From NCBI GenBank assembly GCA_902518965.1, contig CABYIQ010000004.1, forward strand, positions 35,262 through 99,261: a stretch of 64,000 nt of DNA, in the 5' to 3' direction. Position numbers and translations under genes: made by a program. Below are positions 60,054 through 64,000 of this stretch, one piece after another. The notes under the pieces are model-generated. The model saw only the letters and a program-made list of their open reading frames with translations. It did not search any database and was not told the DNA's origin. Every line of letters starts with the position of its first letter. Within the stretch, counting starts at the first letter, position 1. This DNA comes from an uncultured SAR116 cluster alpha proteobacterium. GTDB taxonomy: Bacteria; Pseudomonadota; Alphaproteobacteria; Puniceispirillales; Puniceispirillaceae.

Positions 60054-60761
60054 ATGCCCGTAAAGTCCGAGCTTATGAATACGAAAGTGCAATCAGGTTC
60101 AGCTGAAGATTCACATCCGCCACACTTCAAATTGGATGGAAGAGGCATTACACTGTTGCGTGGGCAACAGCAGATATTTGCAGGCCTTAATTTCAGCGTA
60201 AGCAGCGGAGAGATTCTCGTCCTGCGCGGACCAAATGGAAGCGGCAAATCCAGTCTTTTGCGCGCCATTGCAGGCTTCCTGCCGCTGACAGCGGGTCAGA
60301 TCAGCTGCAATGATAAGCCCTTTGATGCGCAGCGCGTGGAAACGCCGGCTGATACTCTGCGCTGCTTGTGGTATGCGCAGGCAGATGGGCTGGCCGGGGC
60401 GCTGACCAGCCTTGAAAATCTGTCTTTACTGCCAACAACAGCCCCAAAAACCAATATTGAGGTACAGCTGAGTCGTCATGATCCTTTTAGTATCGCCGGT
60501 TTCATGCATCAACCTGTACGCAGCTTGTCTACTGGCCAGCGCCAGCGTGTTGCCCTCACACGACTGTGTTTTGCGCCATCTGGCTTATATCTGTGGCTGC
60601 TAGATGAGCCAAACAGTGGTCTGGACAGCGCAGGCCACAAAGCATTTGAAGCTATGCTAGCAACCCATCAGAACGCAGGCGGGCTGTCTGTTCTAGCCAG
60701 TCATCACCTGTTAGACAGCCGTCTAAAGCCACGCTATCTAGATTTGTCAGATGAGATGTGA
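60054..60761 (+). CDS. ccmA: Heme ABC exporter ATP-binding protein CcmA
   Basis: GPNGSGKS, LSTGQRQR, WLLDEP; first gene of ccmABCD. Confidence 0.9.
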   Translation: MPVKSELMNTKVQSGSAEDSHPPHFKLDGRGITLLRGQQQIFAGLNFSVSSGEILVLRGPNGSGKSSLLRAIAGFLPLTAGQISCNDKPFDAQRVETPADTLRCLWYAQADGLAGALTSLENLSLLPTTAPKTNIEVQLSRHDPFSIAGFMHQPVRSLSTGQRQRVALTRLCFAPSGLYLWLLDEPNSGLDSAGHKAFEAMLATHQNAGGLSVLASHHLLDSRLKPRYLDLSDEM

Positions 60762-61438
60762 TGATGATCGGTAATTTTACTTTATGTCTTCAACGAGAGG
60801 CCCTTTTGGGCAGAGGCGTCATCAGTGACCATCTGGGTCAGGTTGCTTTTTTTGTCATGATTGCTGCTTTGTTTCCGCTGGCTGTGGGTCCATCGCCTGA
60901 TTTGCTGCGTCAGCTGGGGCCGTCTGTTATCTGGATATCTGCATTGCTAAGCGCGCTACCTGCCTTTGACCGGCTGTTTGCAGAAGATGACCAGCAAGGC
61001 TGGCTGGAACAGGTCAGCCTTATGCAAGGCGGGCTGACCGGCTATGTCGGGGCCCGTCTAATCAGCTGGTACCTTTTGTCTGTCCTGCCGCTCCTAGTCA
61101 TCACACCTGTTCTAGTCCTCTTATATAATTTACCACTTTCCAGCCTGAAGGTTCTTTTACCCAGCCTGGCCATTGGCACCGCTTGTCTGAATCTTTTAGG
61201 GGCAATCAGCGCAAGCCTGACGCAGGGCGCGCGCCGGGCTACTCTTCTATTGGCGTTGCTGCTGTTGCCACTTAGCCTGCCTATTTTGATTTTCGGGGTT
61301 GCGATAACACAATCTTATCTTGCTGGGTTTAGTTTTGCCGGACAGGCAAAATTATTAGGGGCTGTATTTTTATTCCTGCTGGCGGTCAGTCCGGTTGCGA
61401 CAATTGCGGCCTTGCGGTCAGTCCTAGAGGACAAGTAA
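60758..61438 (+). CDS. ccmB: Heme exporter permease CcmB
   Basis: LFPLAVGP, F.ED..G.LE, LLLLPL.LP.LIFG; multi-TM. Confidence 0.92.
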   Translation: MMMIGNFTLCLQREALLGRGVISDHLGQVAFFVMIAALFPLAVGPSPDLLRQLGPSVIWISALLSALPAFDRLFAEDDQQGWLEQVSLMQGGLTGYVGARLISWYLLSVLPLLVITPVLVLLYNLPLSSLKVLLPSLAIGTACLNLLGAISASLTQGARRATLLLALLLLPLSLPILIFGVAITQSYLAGFSFAGQAKLLGAVFLFLLAVSPVATIAALRSVLEDK

Positions 61439-61489
61439 AAGAAAATAGGAAAAACACTAGAAAAGGACAGAACGTGGCAGAACGAAATC

Positions 61490-62221
61490 ATGACAGGCCT
61501 TTTTGACAGTCTTGCCAATCCGACGCGGTTCAGAACTGTGTCTGCCGTAATGCGCCCAATTTGTTTCTGGGCAGCAGCTATCTTATTTATTTTTGGGCTG
61601 TATCTGGCCTTATTGGCCTCACCGCCTGATTACCAGCAGGGAGATGCTGTGCGCATTATGTATGTGCATGTACCCTCTGCTTGGCTGGGTTTGTCCAGTT
61701 ATCTGGGGCTGGGGCTGTGCGCCCTATTCTATATTGTCTGGCGGCACCCTCTGGCAAATATCGCTGCCCGCGCCATTGCGCCTATCGGTGCGGGATTTAC
61801 CGCAGTGACGCTGATTACCGGCAGCCTGTGGGGTTATCCTATCTGGGGAACATGGTGGGTATGGGATGCCCGGCTGACCTCTATGCTGGTCTTATTGTTT
61901 TTCTTTATTGGTTACATTGCGCTGGCAACGGGATTTGAGCGGCCGGAACGGGGCGCCCGGATGGCCTCTATTCTGGCCCTTGTTGGCGTGCTGAATCTAC
62001 CTATTGTTAAATTTTCAGTGGATTGGTGGAATACATTACATCAGCCCGCAAGCATTCTGCGTTCAGGCGGCATGGCTATTGATGTGTCTATGCTGTGGCC
62101 ACTCTTCACCATGTTTGCAGCCTTTCAGCTGTTCTTTATATGGGTTGTCCTACATCGAATGCACTGGATGCTGGACGAACGCCGCAGGCAGGCTGGCAAA
62201 GCCCGCACAAAGGCTATGTGA
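61490..62221 (+). CDS. ccmC: Heme exporter CcmC
   Basis: MYVHVP, WGYPIWGTWWVWDARLT (WWD motif), WWNTLHQ. Confidence 0.96.
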   Translation: MTGLFDSLANPTRFRTVSAVMRPICFWAAAILFIFGLYLALLASPPDYQQGDAVRIMYVHVPSAWLGLSSYLGLGLCALFYIVWRHPLANIAARAIAPIGAGFTAVTLITGSLWGYPIWGTWWVWDARLTSMLVLLFFFIGYIALATGFERPERGARMASILALVGVLNLPIVKFSVDWWNTLHQPASILRSGGMAIDVSMLWPLFTMFAAFQLFFIWVVLHRMHWMLDERRRQAGKARTKAM

Positions 62222-62222
62222 T

Positions 62223-62354
62223 ATGACCAGCTTTTTGGACATGGGTGGGTATGGCCTCTACGTCTGGCTCAGCTATGCGCTGAGCTTTGCCTTTGTGATT
62301 GGCGCGGCAGCACATACCTGGCAGCGCGCGCAAGTACAAAAAAACAAAGACTGA
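62223..62354 (+). CDS. ccmD: Heme exporter protein CcmD
   Basis: MTSFLDMGGYGLYVWLSY + TM + basic tail, starting 1 bp after ccmC; in the track only as the tail of ORF 62004..62354. Confidence 0.85.
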   Translation: MTSFLDMGGYGLYVWLSYALSFAFVIGAAAHTWQRAQVQKNKD

Positions 62355-62383
62355 AAGGAATACACTGAACAGACTTAAAAGGC

Positions 62384-64000
62384 TTATGCGCGTCTAGACC
62401 GGCGCTGGCTTCGTCTGCGCCCAGATGGTTCGGCAGAAGGCACGTTATCTGTAAGATCGCGCAACGGTAATGAAACAGCCGCACTTAATTCCACATACGG
62501 GTCTGTCTTATGCGGGAATGCCATTGCGCGCACGAAATGATCCTGAAAATCTGCCTCAACAGCTGTTTCAATTTTTTCAATTCTGCGAACAGTTTGTTCA
62601 ATGCTTACCCGGGCATCTGTATTCAACAACGCCATCCGCGCTCCGGCACCAGCTGAATTCCCTGCAGCCACTACGTTTGGCAAAGCACAGTCCGGAACCA
62701 TTCCAAGAACCATTGCATATTTGGGGTCAATATGTGTGCCAAACGCGCCTGCCAGTACGACACGGTCAACTGTCTTTATTTGCATCTTATCCATTAACAG
62801 CTTGAAGCCTGCATGAAGAGCAGCTTTGGCCAATTGGATTGCACGAACATCATTCTGCAAAATCGTGACCGTATCTGTAATCCGGTATTTAAAGGTGCGG
62901 CCGTCTGCTTCAATTCTTTCTGTGCGGCTGGCTAGATTACCGTCGATGACCCCATCTGCTGTGATCAGCCCTGCCAAATACATTTCCCCCAAAGCCTCAA
63001 TAATGCCTGAGCCACAAATACCGGTAATTCCGGTATCCAAAACCGCCTCATCAAAGCCATCCTCATCTGACCAAATGTCTGACCCAATCACTGAAAACCG
63101 TGGCTCAAATGTTTCTGGATTGATCCGCAGCCGTTCTATTGCGCCCGGTGCCGCCCGCTGGCCTGAGCTGATCTGCGCCCCTTCAAAAGCTGGCCCTGTC
63201 GGGGATGAGGCGGCCAGGAGCCTGTCTTTATTGCCCAGCACGATCTCAGCATTTGTACCCACATCGATCAGCAATTGCACGTCACTGCCGTCTTGCGGCG
63301 CTTCTGCAAGAACCACACCAGCCGCATCTGCCCCTACATGACCGGCAATACAGGGTAGAATATAAATCCGGCTACCTTTATTCAGGCTGAGATTTATCTC
63401 ATCTGCTTTGATTTCCGTTGCGGTATCCACCGCCAGAGCAAAAGGCGCACCACCAAGTTCAACAGGGTCTATGCCCAGAAGCAGATGATGCATCACCGGA
63501 TTGCCAACAAGAACGACTTCCAGCACATCATCTGTGGTACAACCTACCTGTTCGGCGCCAACCGTTATGAGTTGCTGCAGCCCTTCACAGACAGCCTTTG
63601 TCATTTCTGCCGCTCCACCTTCATTCATAATTCCGTAAGAAACGCGGCTCATCAGATCTTCACCAAAACGAATCTGGGGATTCATGATGCCAGTAGAGGC
63701 GAGAACAGTCCCATCATTCATATCGCAGATATGAGCTGACATCGTGGTTGACCCTACATCCACGGCTGCCCCCAGTATCTGGTCCTTCAGCCCTGGCCAG
63801 ACAGCGACAATCTGGCAGCCTGCCCGCAAGGCTATAGTGACTGTCCATTTGCCTTTGCGCAGGGCCATCTGAAGTTGCCGCAGAACATGCAGATCACAGC
63901 TTACAGGTCCAGACACCCTGTCTGGCCATTGGGCTTCCAATGCTTCAATTACGCGCCGAAGATCACCAGACGGCTCGTGCATGTCAGGTTCACGCACCTC
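62384..64000 (-). CDS. ASKHA-domain (DUF4445 / RamA-RACo-like) corrinoid reductive activator; 5' end beyond the window
   Basis: AVDVGSTT, NPQIRFGEDLMSR, GHVGAD, IDVGTNAE, GPAFEGA, GICGSG, LAGAFG, GNSAGAGA. Confidence 0.88.
   Translation of the reverse strand, partial: EVREPDMHEPSGDLRRVIEALEAQWPDRVSGPVSCDLHVLRQLQMALRKGKWTVTIALRAGCQIVAVWPGLKDQILGAAVDVGSTTMSAHICDMNDGTVLASTGIMNPQIRFGEDLMSRVSYGIMNEGGAAEMTKAVCEGLQQLITVGAEQVGCTTDDVLEVVLVGNPVMHHLLLGIDPVELGGAPFALAVDTATEIKADEINLSLNKGSRIYILPCIAGHVGADAAGVVLAEAPQDGSDVQLLIDVGTNAEIVLGNKDRLLAASSPTGPAFEGAQISSGQRAAPGAIERLRINPETFEPRFSVIGSDIWSDEDGFDEAVLDTGITGICGSGIIEALGEMYLAGLITADGVIDGNLASRTERIEADGRTFKYRITDTVTILQNDVRAIQLAKAALHAGFKLLMDKMQIKTVDRVVLAGAFGTHIDPKYAMVLGMVPDCALPNVVAAGNSAGAGARMALLNTDARVSIEQTVRRIEKIETAVEADFQDHFVRAMAFPHKTDPYVELSAAVSLPLRDLTDNVPSAEPSGRRRSQRRSRRA

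Noticed and set aside
1-64000. CRISPR arrays, tRNA/rRNA genes, transposases, integrases, prophage or defence systems
   Set aside because: No repeat-spacer periodicity, cloverleaf or mobile-element ORFs found on reading; nearly all space is taken by recognisable housekeeping genes

Overview
This 64-kb window is gene-dense, largely core-genome chromosomal DNA from an alphaproteobacterium. Gene order, moderate GC and tight gene packing suggest a marine, streamlined lineage such as SAR116/Puniceispirillales, but that is an inference. It carries the familiar alphaproteobacterial blocks mrcA-amiC/rne-aminotransferase/M48-dsbA-aroQ-accBC-aat/DUF2155-mlaD-NDUFA12/nrdJ, ridA-DUF482/clpA-clpS/dac, pdxH/fabI-aroC/tlyA-dxs-ispA-xseB, helicase-hsp15-terB-fdxA-carD-rpoH2-pip and ccmABCD. 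It also carries a LexA-boxed imuABC mutasome and a methylated-glycine catabolic cluster: soxBDAG, a DMG-dehydrogenase-like gene, a non-pyrrolysine MttB, and a distant RamA/ASKHA corrinoid activator at the right edge. I saw no tRNA, rRNA, CRISPR array, IS or phage. Regulatory sites readable directly from the sequence are tandem NrdR boxes, a LexA box inside a near-consensus sigma70 promoter, a sigmaE(ChrR)-type promoter before rpoH2 and an extended -10 carD promoter. The best leads, all hypotheses, are: (i) the FemAB-like DUF482 gene next to clpSA and near aat as an unrecognised N-degron or proteostasis transferase; (ii) a long-type AcnB in the usual acnA slot, preceded by an unrecognised structured leader; (iii) a split B12-dependent betaine demethylation route in an aerobe.
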